DNA of 64,000 nt from Paraphysomonas bandaiensis (GCA_965644295.1 CBFFRP010000296.1:124001-188000), one strand, 5' to 3'. Shown: positions 1 to 12,910, counted from the first letter of the stretch. The notes: generated from the letters alone by a model not told the origin. A program made the numbers and translations.

Positions 1-429
1 ACAGCAATAGCAGCTTATATCACCCAGCAACTTCTGCGCGATATGAACCAGTGGGGAATCGTAAAACAAAGACAATACCGATTGATCCGTCGTTATCTCT
101 GGTGCAAATATTAGCAAAATACAGTCAATATGTAGATATTTTACCTCCTCTCAACTCAACATTACCAACCAAATCAACCTGTAATGTACAGGTGAGATAA
201 CAGCAATCGACATGTCTACTTGACCTGGGGTAATGGGTATTGTCCCAACCAAAAGTTAATAATTTTGAGTGCAGCAGACACCAGTGGGCGAGGAATAATT
301 TGTTCACACTAAAAATATATTCCACAGGTATAAGCTCACACTTGATCTGGCTGTATCTAGTTACAACACACCACTACGTACCGTGACATAACCTTGGTCA
401 AAGTACCACTGGAGGTTAGCGGCCGTCAG

Positions 430-2051
430 AGCTAGTCAGTCAAAAGTAAAGATACAATCCGGTCTGTCAACATGCAAAAACTACCTACCGTTGGCATCAG
501 GTACACTGTATGGTATAGGTTCAACAGAATAGTCTTTCCAATTCAATGCAACCTAGATCAACATAAGAACTTATTGAGTATAACTGGAGGTACGCACGGT
601 ATGCCAATCTGGCCGGTGTAATACTTTGCGTATTGTTCCCGCTGTATCCATAGAATTAGATATACAATACGATATAAAAACTAACTACCTTCATACATGC
701 GCATCAATACAGGCTCCCGCTTTAGAAACATTTGTCCTAAAGAAAGATTTACAGGATAGTTTGGCAGCTAAGCGACAAAATTCGATGTGAAAAAGCTACA
801 CATACCGACACGAGTATTCAGCCATTTGAGCTGTTGATCAATGGAATCTTGTAGGGTAGGGTTATCTGAGCTGTGCTGTGTCATCTGCTGGTTTCTTTCC
901 TGTACACCTACCACCGTACGGCTGGAGCCACCACTACACGTGAAAAATCAATATGGGTTAGTTGTGACGACAGCCAGATATTAGTCGTAACGTCTTCACC
1001 TGAGGTGAGTAGATGACGCCGAATTACCCCGTTGTGTCCGCGTTATATCTCCACCGTTCACTTGTTGCACTTGTGTGGGAGTATACGCAGGAACATCACC
1101 TGCACAACACTTCTGAGAAACTAGGGCAAGTATAATACACAAAAGCAAATACCCACAGCACTAGTATCAGTCGACAAGGCATGTATAACACTGCTGAGAA
1201 ACAAGGGCAAGTATAATATGCAGAAGCAAATACTTACAGCACAAGTATCAGTCGACAATGCATGCATGTCCTTTACCTGCAGCAACAAGACGCCATTGCG
1301 CTAACTGCGTCTTCGCACCATTCCCCTGTACTCGTCCATCTATATAAAATTTTCACCCAACAAGAAGTAAGTGATATCACAGAATAGAGAAAATTGCATT
1401 ACTCGAGCCGAGTACGAGATACCAGCCTGGATGTCCTGCGACGTTCGTCTTTGTCCGGTGACCTCTAAGAGAAATGAATATAGTAAATAGAATAGTGACA
1501 TTATTACTCATGAGATTAACACAAACAAAACAAACGTAACACAAAGCTCAATATATACAGTACTTGTAGTACGGGACAGACACTAGAACTTACATTGGCA
1601 TCAGATATATAGTTCCTGCTGATGTACTCTCAACACTGTACCGAGCATTGTCGTCTGCCGTCTGAGAAAATTCTATACATATACTCATCATGACCGTCTC
1701 ATTGACCGGTAGCAGTTACGCATATGTCAGTCAGGCTCACTCACCGACTTCACCAGTGTTCCTAATGCGCATATAGGAGCCTCTCATACGAACCATCTCA
1801 AACATCATAACACTGCGATCGATATAGTGCGCATACACCGCATCGTCTATTTGGTTCCCTGAGGAGGGGTGCTGCAGACGCACTGCTACTGTCTGTCCTG
1901 ATGTCACTCGGGTCACTCCTGAACCAGAATCAGACCCACACAAACGACGAGCGAACTCCTCATCAGCCGCACGCCGGGCCTCCTCCTCACGACGCTGAGC
2001 ATCGAACTCTTCTTGCTGAAGTTGACGGGCGAGACGCTCATCTTCGTCCAT
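430..2051 (-). CDS. Multi-exon protein: N-terminal charged/UIM-like helix (DERLARQLQQEE, DEEFARRL) plus fascin/beta-trefoil-like repeats; 3' end approximate
   Basis: ORF 1737-2051 continues through several GT-AG introns into GEVEFSQTADDNARYSVESTSAGTIYLMP and GWYLVLGSNGRVQGNGAKTQLAQWRLVAA. Confidence 0.6.
1104..1270. repeat. Imperfect ~82 bp tandem duplication inside an intron
   Basis: aacac(t/tg)ctgagaaac..gggcaagtataata...agcaaatac...cagcac.agtatcagtcgacaa occurs twice in a row. Confidence 0.85.
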
Positions 2052-2127
2052 TAGATGAAATATATGCCACTCTTAACAAGATGCAACAACATAAACAACC
2101 ATATCCATAATACACATCACACAGATC

Positions 2128-2329
2128 TGTATGTATGTATGTATGTATGTATGTATGTATGTATGTATGTATGTATGTATGTATGTATGTATGTATGTAT
2201 GTATGTATGTATGTATGTATGTATGTATGTATGTATGTATGTATGTATGTATGTATGTATGTATGTATGTATGTATGTATGTATGTATGTATGTATGTAT
2301 GTATGTATGTATGTATGTATGTATGTATG

Positions 2330-2363
<34 letters not shown>

Positions 2364-2453
2364 TGTATGTATGTATGTATGTATGTATGTATGTATGTAT
2401 GTATGTATGTATGTATGTATGTATGTATGTAGGTATGTATGTAGGTAGGTAGG
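2128..2453. repeat. (TATG)n microsatellite ending in TAGG variants, in a divergent intergenic gap
   Basis: Direct reading; about 77 bp from the ATG at 2051(-) and about 80 bp from the ATG at 2534(+). Confidence 0.99.
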
Positions 2454-2533
2454 TGCGTACGTCTATTGTTTTGTTAGATATGATCTTTGCAGTCTAGAAT
2501 GAATTCTCCAGTTAGTGTATCCAACAGAGAAGA

Positions 2534-4196
2534 ATGTCCTTTTCCTCTATGAGTCTATGGCATGTGACGGTTGTGTGCGTTTTTCTGTGTGTGTGTGCCG
2601 GACAGGAGTCTGTGGGGCAGATTGTAGAGGAGCACTCTTATTCGGACCGACTCAAGAAGTCCATCGCAGAAGTCATCTGTGGTCTGCTTCTGATAATTAT
2701 TGTTCCTGTATTTCTCTGGTTGACAGAGAAGAAGGTGGTGAGGTATGACATGATGATTAACAGGTGCCAAATAGCAGTCAGAGAGGTGCCGAACAGTGCA
2801 GTTGTCAGTCGTCGGTACGAGTCACGTCCAGTTATGGTCAAAGGATCGACCCGAGTAGATGATAGGAACGGAGTGCTTCGTGACGAAGTTTTTGGATTTA
2901 CTCCTGAAGTTTCTTCAGTACGACTTCGAAGAACAGTTGAAATGTACCAATGGGTTGAAGACAAGGAAGAGCAAGATAGCCGCACTGTTTATTCATACAG
3001 GAAAGAGTGGCTAGAGATCGATACAGATAGTGACTCATTTCGAGATCCGTCATATGCAAACCCTCCAAGACAGCCTTGTGTGTATTCTACTGTTTTCAAC
3101 GCAGAGTCTGTGTATATCGGCGCCTATCGCCTGTTGGATCTCCAAGTTAGCAAGCTCCATCGATTTCGTCCCTGTACACTTCCCTGCATACCTTCATCTG
3201 CTCTTGTGGGATATCCCCACCTCTCCCCGCATATTGAGAAGGCTTCTCGTTCTCATATGGAGCTATTTTCCGCGGGCTCAGAGCTGTCGCTGCCATCGTG
3301 GGGTGGTACTTGTGAGTACCTTGTGTTCAATGGCACTATTTCCAATCCACAGATTGGCACCATTCGAGTATCTTATGATGCTGTTCCTGCTGGGTCTCCG
3401 GTGACAACAATCGCTGTACAACATGGTGAAAGTTTTCGCCCATTCTCGGAGGAAGATGCTCACAGCACTGACTTGCTAGCCACATGTGGGCATGTCAGTT
3501 TGGATGAGGGAGAATGTGTAGAGTGCTGCTGTTGTTGCACTGTAATCGGGGGTTGCGCAGAGCCTTGTGCTGGAGCACTGGTTGGTTCTGAAGTGTGTCT
3601 TGTGGAAGAGCGGTTGACAGATATCAAAACAATGTTCCAGGACGAGCGGTCCAATCTCCGGTGCCGTTTGCTTCTTGTGCGTCTAGTTTGCTACCTTCTA
3701 CTGTCTATAGGCATTTTTCTAGTACTGAAGCCAATAGCGGTTTTGCTCTCCTTTATTCCCCTCTTGGGAGGATTGATAGCTAATGTTCTCTGGGTTGCTT
3801 CTCTTATCACAGGTTTTTTAATAGGAATGGTCGTGACAAGTGTGGCGTGGATAACTTATAGGCCGTACATGTTGACAGGTTGTGAATTGCCTATATATTC
3901 TGAGACATACTCGTTCACATGTGTATTAAATGTTCAATATGTATTTAATGTGGATATATGTAGTCTTGTTGGTCGGTACTGGTGTTGCCTCTCTCCTCGT
4001 TGCAAAAACCTCCAATGCGATTCTGGTGGGCAAGGTGCTTTGTGGACTGGCATTGTTTCCAGCCGCCCTTGTTCTTCTGCAGGCCGTAGATCAGTGCCGT
4101 TTTGTTGCAGCACAAAGAGAATTAGATCGGCAAGAGCAGCGTGATTACGGCTGGAATAAGAATGACGAGACAACACAGTTATTATCTCGAGTTTAG
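2534..4196 (+). CDS. TMEM43: TMEM43/DUF1625-family membrane protein, one intron (~3879-3963)
   Basis: LRRTVEMYQWVE, Y.Y.KEW and PQIGTIRVSY motifs; N-terminal TM plus C-terminal TM bundle; last exon in ORF 3930-4196. Confidence 0.85.
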
Positions 4197-5070
4197 ATAA
4201 TCGTTTTTAGTCTACTACTTCTCACAGTCCAAGTCAAGCTAGGCTTATTTGTGTTGATTACGATTATGAATATGTACTATCATCGTAGATGTAAGAATCG
4301 TTTATAACTACTTCCAATATATCACGGACTGTCATCCTGCAAAGCCTGATCTTTAGAACTCAATTAATCGACTGGATCATCTATATATAACTACTATGAA
4401 CGTGTTACAAAGCCTTAGCCTAATGCAAACAATTATATTCTTCATATTCTTTTCCATGAAATACAACTATACTATCTAAACAGTTTTCAGATGTTAAGGT
4501 TACGTATGATGTTGTTTATCCACAGGCCAGTATTGGTTACCTGCGCATTACACCCTAAGAGCACTACATGTACTCTCAATCCAGAACACTGACACAGCAG
4601 TCACTCTGCGGTATGTGGCATATAAGAAGTACCGATCTTACACCGAGATAACTTCTGGTGTATGATACTGATACAGAGGGTATATATACTAACTACTTAA
4701 CCCAAAATATATTTTCTTTACATCGCATTATTCACTAATATATGCATTATTAACATACAGCATAACGCTCTTATGTGTTGGTCCATGTTCGGACCACTGG
4801 GCACAGCTGTAGTATTGCTATAATACACCGGTATATCATATATACGCACTGTAGTATAGTAGGGCAACGCAGGATGTATACGACGGTATATTAAATATAC
4901 AGTGTATTTCTAATGCAGTGGGATCCATATCTCTGCGTCGCGACGGCTCCTCATCCCAACTCATACACACCCACACTGCAGACTGCACCCCACCTCTGCA
5001 CATTGTCACCGTTTACAGTATCTTGCTCCACTGCCAAGGTGACTATATCACACTGACCGGTGCATGCATA

Positions 5071-6042
5071 ATGGACGAAAATGGTGTGCTTTTATTTGCA
5101 TCGAGCGTCTTGATAACCACTCTTACCGGTAGACTCCGTACATCACGGCACATAGACGGCACAATGAAAAAAAAACATGACATGTCGACAGTAACGCCTC
5201 TATGTCCCTATTCCGCCTATCAGCTGCCGCTGAATGACACATCGACCCCTGATCAGGTTCGATTTATAAGCGAGCGTCTCCCTGATTCAGAGGCTGCGCT
5301 TCGTGCACAAGAGTTTCATAAACTGCAAAACCAACGACGATCTATGCGCTATTTCAGCAGAGATACATTCCCATTAGACAATTTACTGACTTGTATCGCT
5401 ACAGCTGGCACTGCTCCTTCCGGAGCTCATCAGCAACCGTGGCATTTTTGCATTGTGCGAGATCAAAGAATAAAAGATACGATTCGGGACATTGTCGAAA
5501 AGGAGGAGCAAGTCAACTATGACAAGAGAATGAAGAAAACATGGGTAAATGATCTTAAGCCTATATTTGCCAATGCTTCAATACACAAAGATGGTATATT
5601 CTATGGCATAAGAAAATATTGTGCTCACCACGTATAGGTGTCGTGACAAAACCATATCTCTCGGAGGCGCCATACCTGGTTGTTGTCACCGAGCTTATGC
5701 ATGGAATAGACCGTGAGTCAGGTGCTGAATAATTGTGGCTTACTACTGTGTATAAGTGGCGCCATAGGAAAGAAATTGACGCATTATTATGTTAAAGAAG
5801 GGGTTGGTATAGCTGTCGGTCTGTTCATATCAGCCCTCACCAACATAGGACTCTTTACTCTAACAAGTACCCCCCTCAATGCGGGGTCTTCAATCCTACA
5901 AATCTTAAATCGTCCATTAAACGAAAAGCTTTTTCTTCTGATGCCCGTGGGTTACCCTGCGTTGGACGCGACAGTACCGTACAGAGGTGAAAGGGGGGTA
6001 CCATTGCGAAAAAATCTGAGTGACATCACTACACTCTATTGA
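5071..6042 (+). CDS. IYD: Iodotyrosine deiodinase (nitroreductase superfamily), 2 introns
   Basis: RRSMRYFS, AGTAPSGAHQQPWHF, EKEEQVNYDKRM, TKPYLSEAPYL, THYYVKEGVGIA, TSTPLNAG, LMPVGYPA. Confidence 0.93.
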
Positions 6043-6851
6043 TGAAAATTTAGTTTTCCATTGTGTTGAAGTCAGTGTGTTTACATTTACGTAAAAGCCT
6101 GTACTTTATTGACAATTTTTTCTATGGTCCCTGGTAAATCAAGTAGGTGCTAAGTCCACCTAACATATTGACAGTTAACGTGATGCACAGCAGCAGTACT
6201 ATGATCTACTACGAAAAGTGAGTGTACAAGAATTAGCAGGTATGAATAAATTCATATTACGGCTCAATGATTGGTTAATATGAATCTCGATAGCACATTA
6301 CACAGAGGTGCATTGGAAATAATATCCGCATAATGTTGTAGAACTACTAACTACCAGACTTACAACAATTAAAGGAACCAACAATAATAATTACCATTAT
6401 ATATCGAGTGTCCAATTATTAGTAATTAATTGCCTTCATTTATATTGCTTTTTCGAATAACTTTCTGAATTACAATTTCATCTCAAAGAAACTGATTTGC
6501 ATACTGAATTCAACAACTATTTCAAGATATCTAGTTTTCATTTGTTTGCGAAATTCAACCTCTCACAAACATTGGTAGTGCTATTTTCTATACAAGTGCT
6601 TCATAAAGTGATATCGTGTTGGAAGTTTGATGCGTGCTGTCTTGCACTCTCGGTTGTCTTTTACTTTTCAAGTAAACGAATTGCCTTCTCGTCCTTTGTT
6701 GGAATTGTAACACCCTCCTATTGGTGTACGCATCATCTAAAACAGTAACGAGTCCAAGATCTCTGACGCGCTGCTCATCAGCACTCGATATCGACTGTTG
6801 TTCTTCAATAATCATTGCACTGATCCTTCTCAGAGCTAAATGAAACAGACT

Positions 6852-6932
6852 AGGCGCCATACCTGGTTGTTGTCACCGAGCTTATGCATGGAATAGATCG
6901 TGAGTCAGGTGCTGAATAATTGTGGCTTACTA
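6852..6932 (+). repeat. 81 bp ectopic copy of IYD exon 2/intron 2 (5665-5745)
   Basis: Identical except for one base (gaccg vs gatcg). Confidence 0.95.
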
Positions 6933-7283
6933 ACTATTATAATATATATGTATATTTAGCCCTGATCGATTGCATTGTGGTCACTAAGAACTGGAATGTT
7001 AGTTTTGCAAATTTTAAACTTTTGAATAATGTTATAACTAACGTATAGTAGACGCATAAAACAAAATAAAACTTAAGTATATATATTATTATAATAATAA
7101 GTAATCGAGCTACCGTCGTTCTCGTCATTTTATAGGGTTTTTACATGTAAAATCCCATTTTACATTTAAAATCCAATAGGCTACAGACTAAGCATATATG
7201 ATTATTTCATTGAGGGGGAGTATTAAGAGTCATTGATTCACGTATATCCCTTAATGCGTCAATAATACAACACATACATGTAT

Positions 7284-7929
7284 GGGAAATATTATTCAAC
7301 CTAGTCAAATTGGTTGAATTACCTAGTCACGCTATTTTCGGTGGAATAACCTAGTCAAAGTAATAAATGACTCAACCTAGTCAACTTTGGTATTCAACCT
7401 AGTCGTTCTTATATCCATTGATTACACACTGTGACTGTCTAAGATACCATCTCGCACCACACAATATATTAGTGGCTTACAGAGCATCACGTAGTGCCGA
7501 ATCACAAGAATGAAAAACTCCTTCGATGGCAGTGTCGGTTCTCGGATGCCCCTGATGACATACTTCCACACCCTAAGATTGTTGGGTTCGATGTCCATGA
7601 AATGAAGGAGGCTGTCGAACTTCACCGGACTTGGTCACGAGAAACTGCGCATTTCTCGTTCGATTGCGAAGACGAAATGTGATGCATTGCATGTGTACAA
7701 TAGATGCATTTGCATTAATTGATGGCTAGAGTATGCTCCCATGTTTGAGTAGAAGTTATTATTTTTGACTAGGTGAATACCTTAAAACACCTAGTCAACC
7801 TAGTCATTGTAAACTGAAAATATGAATTATTAAATGACAAGGTTTTTCACCTACTTGACTAGGTTTTTACACCAATTTTGGTGTGACTAGGTAGTTCAAC
7901 CATTTTGACTAGGTTGAATAATACATCCC
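7284..7929. mobile_element. Non-autonomous TIR element (MITE) with many subterminal ACCTAGTCA motifs
   Basis: TIR ggga(aa/tg)tattattcaacctagtcaaa at both ends; flanked on both sides by the palindrome ATACATGTAT. Confidence 0.9.
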
Positions 7930-8513
7930 ATACATGTATACAATGAAAATTACCAAACTATACATGATACGCGACTGTACGAGCTACGCACATGTGTGTG
8001 GCGCTAACGCTATGCTCAAACGTGTCTTGGTATTATACTATTAGGCCTTATCATTCAATCTTTATCTCTAATAATATCAAGTGTATCCTTACTAAATACC
8101 AAAACTAACCTTGAATCCTATTTAAAAGTGAATACGTTTCGTTGAGAGTTGTGAAAAACATATAAAATAATTATATATATATATATATTGTGGTGTGGTA
8201 AAACTTGCTATTTTTTGTCATGGTCGAGAATCTATGAGTGCTGTAAACAAAAAGGAATAAATGTGTTACTCAACACTCCTTTAAGAGTATTATTACAACA
8301 ATACAAAAATGATAGTAATCTATAATTCCCGTTTTACTAAGTTTGAGCATATTTTTCGCTTAAGTAAAACTGTTTGAATCGATTAGCATAAATTATAATG
8401 CCTTTTTTCTTATACTTACAGTGTAATAAAAGTAAAATCTACAAACTGAAATAACTCGCATTTTTAGAATATGTATATGATGCCTATCGTAACGCTAACA
8501 AATTGACGAGTCG

Positions 8514-11081
8514 CTACGTTGCAATTGCAGACAAGATAGTTTCAGATGCTGCAACAGACACAGGCATCCAGTGCGCACATTTCTTACGTTCGCTCGGAAA
8601 ACTAAGGCCAGTGTCTTTCGGCATGGTGTTAATGAAACGTTTTCTCAATTCCTCAGTCAGCCAGGTCTCTGATGTCAAAGACAGGAACACTAAAGGACTT
8701 AAACTTTTAGCAAGCGCCCCCCTTTCGTTCATATCGCGGCGTCTTAGTTTTTTGCTATCCGATGCAAAAAACGTCCAGTACCTGTTTTTCGTTTTCGCGT
8801 TAAGCCTTTCCAAAATTTGTTCTCCGGAAACGAATTGATGGATGTCAGAGGATATCTTTCGGGACACCAACGCCACTCGGATCCAATTATTTCCTACCGA
8901 TGAGTCATACGTGGAACAGAACTTCTTCCATTCATCCCATTTGGGAAAGCCCGGTCCACAACTTCGCCGAGCAGGAGTTTTTTTATTTTTCGGAAAATTG
9001 CCAGTGATGACAAATTCTCTATATGGCATTTCTAAATACTGCAGGCCAGGACTCAAAGTCATCAACACCTCCTTGACAGTAATCGCTTTGTCATTTTTGG
9101 ACTGTATGGCAACAAGTTTGTGATGATTGTCTCGTTGGTTCTTCACGACAAATACAATATCCACACCACAGCTCGTATCGATTCCAAAGTACACAGTCTC
9201 AGTATTCATGCTCTCGACATAAGAATCATCGTTTTGAACAATATTCAGCGAAGCGAAAAAACCTTTATTTTCAAGATCCACAACTTTGGTTGAGTCACAC
9301 ACGTACTCATTGAAAAGTGTATGCGGGAATTGCGTCCGGTCCGTGCCATCATAGAGAGGGTACAACAAATCCCCTAGCAGAACACCTTTCCTTGATCCAC
9401 TTCCTTCCCTGATGTGGGAGTAGGTTGTCAATGCAATCCAATATGAAAACATTTCTTCAGCAGTCGCACCGCTCTCTTTGTTGATCTGGTTGAGGGCAAG
9501 GTTCAGTATACGGTCAATAGACATTTGAGAGAGAAAATTCATCAAGCCATTGTACACAAGGGGTTCAATATCCCGTATGTTCTTCACCGCGCCCACTTCA
9601 TCCGAGGATGCCAAAATTACACCATCCACAATAGCCCGCGATACATCTGGGTCACTTCGGAGCAACAGTGTCCCATTACCACAAATCGTTGTTTTGATTA
9701 GCGCCGGTATGAGCGAGCTGACCGTTCGGTCCCCAGCCCCTGCAATGGCCTTGTTTTCAGTGAACATCCTTTCAATTCGCCGGTGTATATTCCTTTCGAT
9801 CGAGCTCAAACAACGTTCACATAACGTGATCAGTTTTTCTGGCGTCGGACACGGATAGCCACATGTTTCCACGTAGACGCTTCGGAACACAAACTCCACG
9901 AAGAAGTAAGGGCGACCACGAAACTGGTCAAGCGCATCCATCACTGCCTTAGTAAAGATAGGATCTGGCATATCCCAATAGTACTGCAAAAACTCTTTCA
10001 TTCTATCACTGGTCATTAAAGATGATTTTATTGGGACCTCTTTTATTCTATTTCTTAGCAGAGATGACGACACACCCTTCTTCGCCTTTAGTTTAGATAT
10101 CGATAGATGTGTGCCGGTCATAAACATTGACCACTTGCGACAGTGGCGAGTGAAGCTTCCCATCGCACAAGCAACCCCGTAAAATAAATCTCGAGACATA
10201 TTGTCGTCAACAGTCTCCCTATTGCCAAACTTACTCTTTTGAATGAACAACCTCGGGAATCGGTCTAGCAATTCTTGAATTTCGTCAAAGCAAAGCAGTA
10301 ACCCCTCGTCATTAGGGCTTACCATTTGTTCAGAGTTGAAAACTGCCTCAAATCTTTCATATATATCTTGGCGGTACCTACAAAGTTTTATTTTTGATTC
10401 CTCCAAATTAGTTTGGTCGACTATTTCTTTGAACTTCATTCCAAACAATACTTCGACGATATGTTCACTTGTACCGTTACGATTAAACCTTAATGCCAGT
10501 TCTCGGAGCCGAGGCGTGTCCAGACAGTAACTATTCTTGCCAAATTCGAGTGCTTTTATGGTTGCGTCGGCATAACAACATATCAAAATCTTTATGTATA
10601 AAAGGGCCTCAACTGAAATATCTTCGCAACCACTACCCTCATCTCGACGTTCACTTAACGGAACAAGTTTACTGAGCAAATGAGACCAAGGGGCCGTAAA
10701 TGGGTTTACAGAAAGCGGATTATTCGCCACCCTTATAATTGCAGTGGTCACAAATTTTCCAGTTGCATACGCCAAACGAGTTTTGCCGATACCAGATGAA
10801 GCGGCGCAGCAGAATATGGATCTGTCCTGTTCGACTGCACTTCGTGACTCCCTGATATCACGAGAAAACAATTCGGCATCAGTTCCAGCCAGGTACAACT
10901 CTTGTGTAATTAATGTAACATCATCAGTGGAGTCCAGCGGCAGAGGGGCCTTCAGATAGCTGCAGCTGCACATGGCTCTTTGCTTGGCAAGCCGATTTGG
11001 CATTGGCTCAAGATCGCATACTATTTTCTTAACAAAACTTTCAATGTCGTTGATTGCTTGATTATGGATGCTCACATCCAT
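8514..11081 (-). CDS. Intronless Crinkler/RHS-type P-loop NTPase plus C-terminal PD-(D/E)xK-like nuclease, 855 aa
   Basis: Walker A-like CAASSGIGKT, Walker B LLLCFDEIQ, MTGT, FRGRP arginine motif, C-terminal GVDIVFV...VAIQSKN. Confidence 0.75.
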   Translation of the reverse strand: MDVSIHNQAINDIESFVKKIVCDLEPMPNRLAKQRAMCSCSYLKAPLPLDSTDDVTLITQELYLAGTDAELFSRDIRESRSAVEQDRSIFCCAASSGIGKTRLAYATGKFVTTAIIRVANNPLSVNPFTAPWSHLLSKLVPLSERRDEGSGCEDISVEALLYIKILICCYADATIKALEFGKNSYCLDTPRLRELALRFNRNGTSEHIVEVLFGMKFKEIVDQTNLEESKIKLCRYRQDIYERFEAVFNSEQMVSPNDEGLLLCFDEIQELLDRFPRLFIQKSKFGNRETVDDNMSRDLFYGVACAMGSFTRHCRKWSMFMTGTHLSISKLKAKKGVSSSLLRNRIKEVPIKSSLMTSDRMKEFLQYYWDMPDPIFTKAVMDALDQFRGRPYFFVEFVFRSVYVETCGYPCPTPEKLITLCERCLSSIERNIHRRIERMFTENKAIAGAGDRTVSSLIPALIKTTICGNGTLLLRSDPDVSRAIVDGVILASSDEVGAVKNIRDIEPLVYNGLMNFLSQMSIDRILNLALNQINKESGATAEEMFSYWIALTTYSHIREGSGSRKGVLLGDLLYPLYDGTDRTQFPHTLFNEYVCDSTKVVDLENKGFFASLNIVQNDDSYVESMNTETVYFGIDTSCGVDIVFVVKNQRDNHHKLVAIQSKNDKAITVKEVLMTLSPGLQYLEMPYREFVITGNFPKNKKTPARRSCGPGFPKWDEWKKFCSTYDSSVGNNWIRVALVSRKISSDIHQFVSGEQILERLNAKTKNRYWTFFASDSKKLRRRDMNERGALAKSLSPLVFLSLTSETWLTEELRKRFINTMPKDTGLSFPSERKKCAHWMPVSVAASETILSAIAT

Positions 11082-11466
11082 GACGCTCCTCGATCACAGT
11101 CGCATGCCGTGGAATGAAAGAAGAAGAACATCAACGTGAATTCAAACACCGGAGCGAAGATTGACGCTGAAGTTCCGTCTATACCGCCGTATACTGTACA
11201 CCGGACCGTCATACGCTACCGTATACACGAATACTGTCTACGCGGAGACAAAAATATTGAGATGAGTGACAGTTAAATGAGCTGACTGAGCCACCATAAC
11301 ATACACATACACATACACGCCCAGACTGTGACTGTACTCACAGACTATCCTGCGCACGGACCATCACTAATTAAATACTAACCCATATGATATGAGCGTG
11401 TTGTAGTCCTGAAAGTGTGGGAGATGCGGATGTTATAGTAGATATATCTAGCTGTATTGTATCGTT

Positions 11467-12527
11467 ATGACGAATCAAATTACGATAGAGTATGTTTTAA
11501 AGATCGTTGCGATAACTATCGTGGCAGTGTGGGCATGTGCTGGTGCCACTCGACTGCTCTATCCTGCTATTTGGAAGTGGATTGTTGAGCGCTTGACGGA
11601 AGTGTGGAATATATTAATATGCCCCTGCAAGACAGCATACGGTATCACACACGCGAACTCTTATTGTAAACGTGTTTTCTTCATTTGTGCTGGAAGCGTT
11701 TTCTTTTATAGTATTATTTATAATCCAGAATATGTTTCCTGTAGGAATTCTTTACCCACCAACGACGAACATAGACGTTGTGGGACTGAAGCAGCATTAT
11801 ATACTGCCGATGTCTTTTCCAAACTCTAACGGAGAGAGAGATACATTCACCAAATCATTTAGTGTAAAGCCCAGGAAGAGCGAAGGGTCACTTAAATCTG
11901 TCAAAAGGAGAAAAGAAAGGTTACTAAGTCAATCTGGAAGTGGTGAGTAATCTTTAGCTGATACTGATCCTGTTCATAAATACACCATCCTGTTCATAAA
12001 TGCACCTGTTTCTGAGTTTAGGATACAGAGCGAATATCTTATGTGTACATCATATGGTGTTAATGACTGTGATGTATTGGTGCTTATTGTTTCTCTTATA
12101 TTGTTTTACAGTCAATTCCTCCGCTGACGCAGTCACTCGTGGGAGGACAGGCACTATTGGCACCGCCCGGAGGAAGCGAAGGGTGAATGGGCGTGGTGCC
12201 CATGGGACTGCACCCAACAACCGCGCTAAGCAAGCCCGTAAGCAGCGTGGGAGCAACTTTGAGTACACGTTTGCCTCTGACTTGCCACATGACAGCGATG
12301 TACCCCGGACTGACGGAAGTCCAAGAATATCTAACCTTCAATTTGACATGATTAACCCCCTCACCCCCGATGCTTCTCCGCACGGTTCCATTGACCACAA
12401 TGGGGATGTAAACAGTTTTTTTGCTGACGATACGGATGTTGAATTAGGGGCGGGATCATCGTCTCGAACAAATGGGAGACCGGGGACAATAGATAGTGTC
12501 CACGAATCAGATATACTGGAGCTCTGA
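11467..12527 (+). CDS. Hypothetical protein: N-terminal TM and basic/Ser-rich tail, about 3 exons
   Basis: ORFs 11467, 11672 and 12000 can be joined at GT-AG sites (donor ~11943 gtgagt, acceptor ~12110 tttacag). Confidence 0.55.
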
Positions 12528-12822
12528 ACTCCCTATTTGGTATACTTAAATATGCACAAGTTAAAAAATAGTATATATTCACCATTCTATGTAGTTTATT
12601 ATATTGTCCTATTCACTGATGTGTTTAGGCTTGATGTTGATAATATGGTGCCGCAGATTGTAATTGCAGCTAACGATGAATGAGAGTTGAGTTGTATACT
12701 GTTACGGAAGCAACAGTCATCCTAAGTATTGTTGGATGTAGTGTTTAGCGAATGTGGTGTTCGTGAATGTAACCGTAGAGATGTAACATAAGTAGCACTG
12801 AGTATGATTCAACACGCCATAC

Positions 12823-12910
12823 CAGGGCTAGGGAACAATATATACAAAAAATATTGATTGTTGACCGGACAAAACTTCCATCAATATTATTACTGTTATG
12901 GCCGCTCACA
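12823..12910. mobile_element. Solo end of the hAT family seen at 41645-42452
   Basis: cagggctagggaacaatata...atattgattgttgaccggacaaaa matches the reverse complement of 42350-42452. Confidence 0.8.

Noticed and set aside
1-430. Weak inverted similarity to ~51790-51850
   Set aside because: Too short and divergent to support by eye
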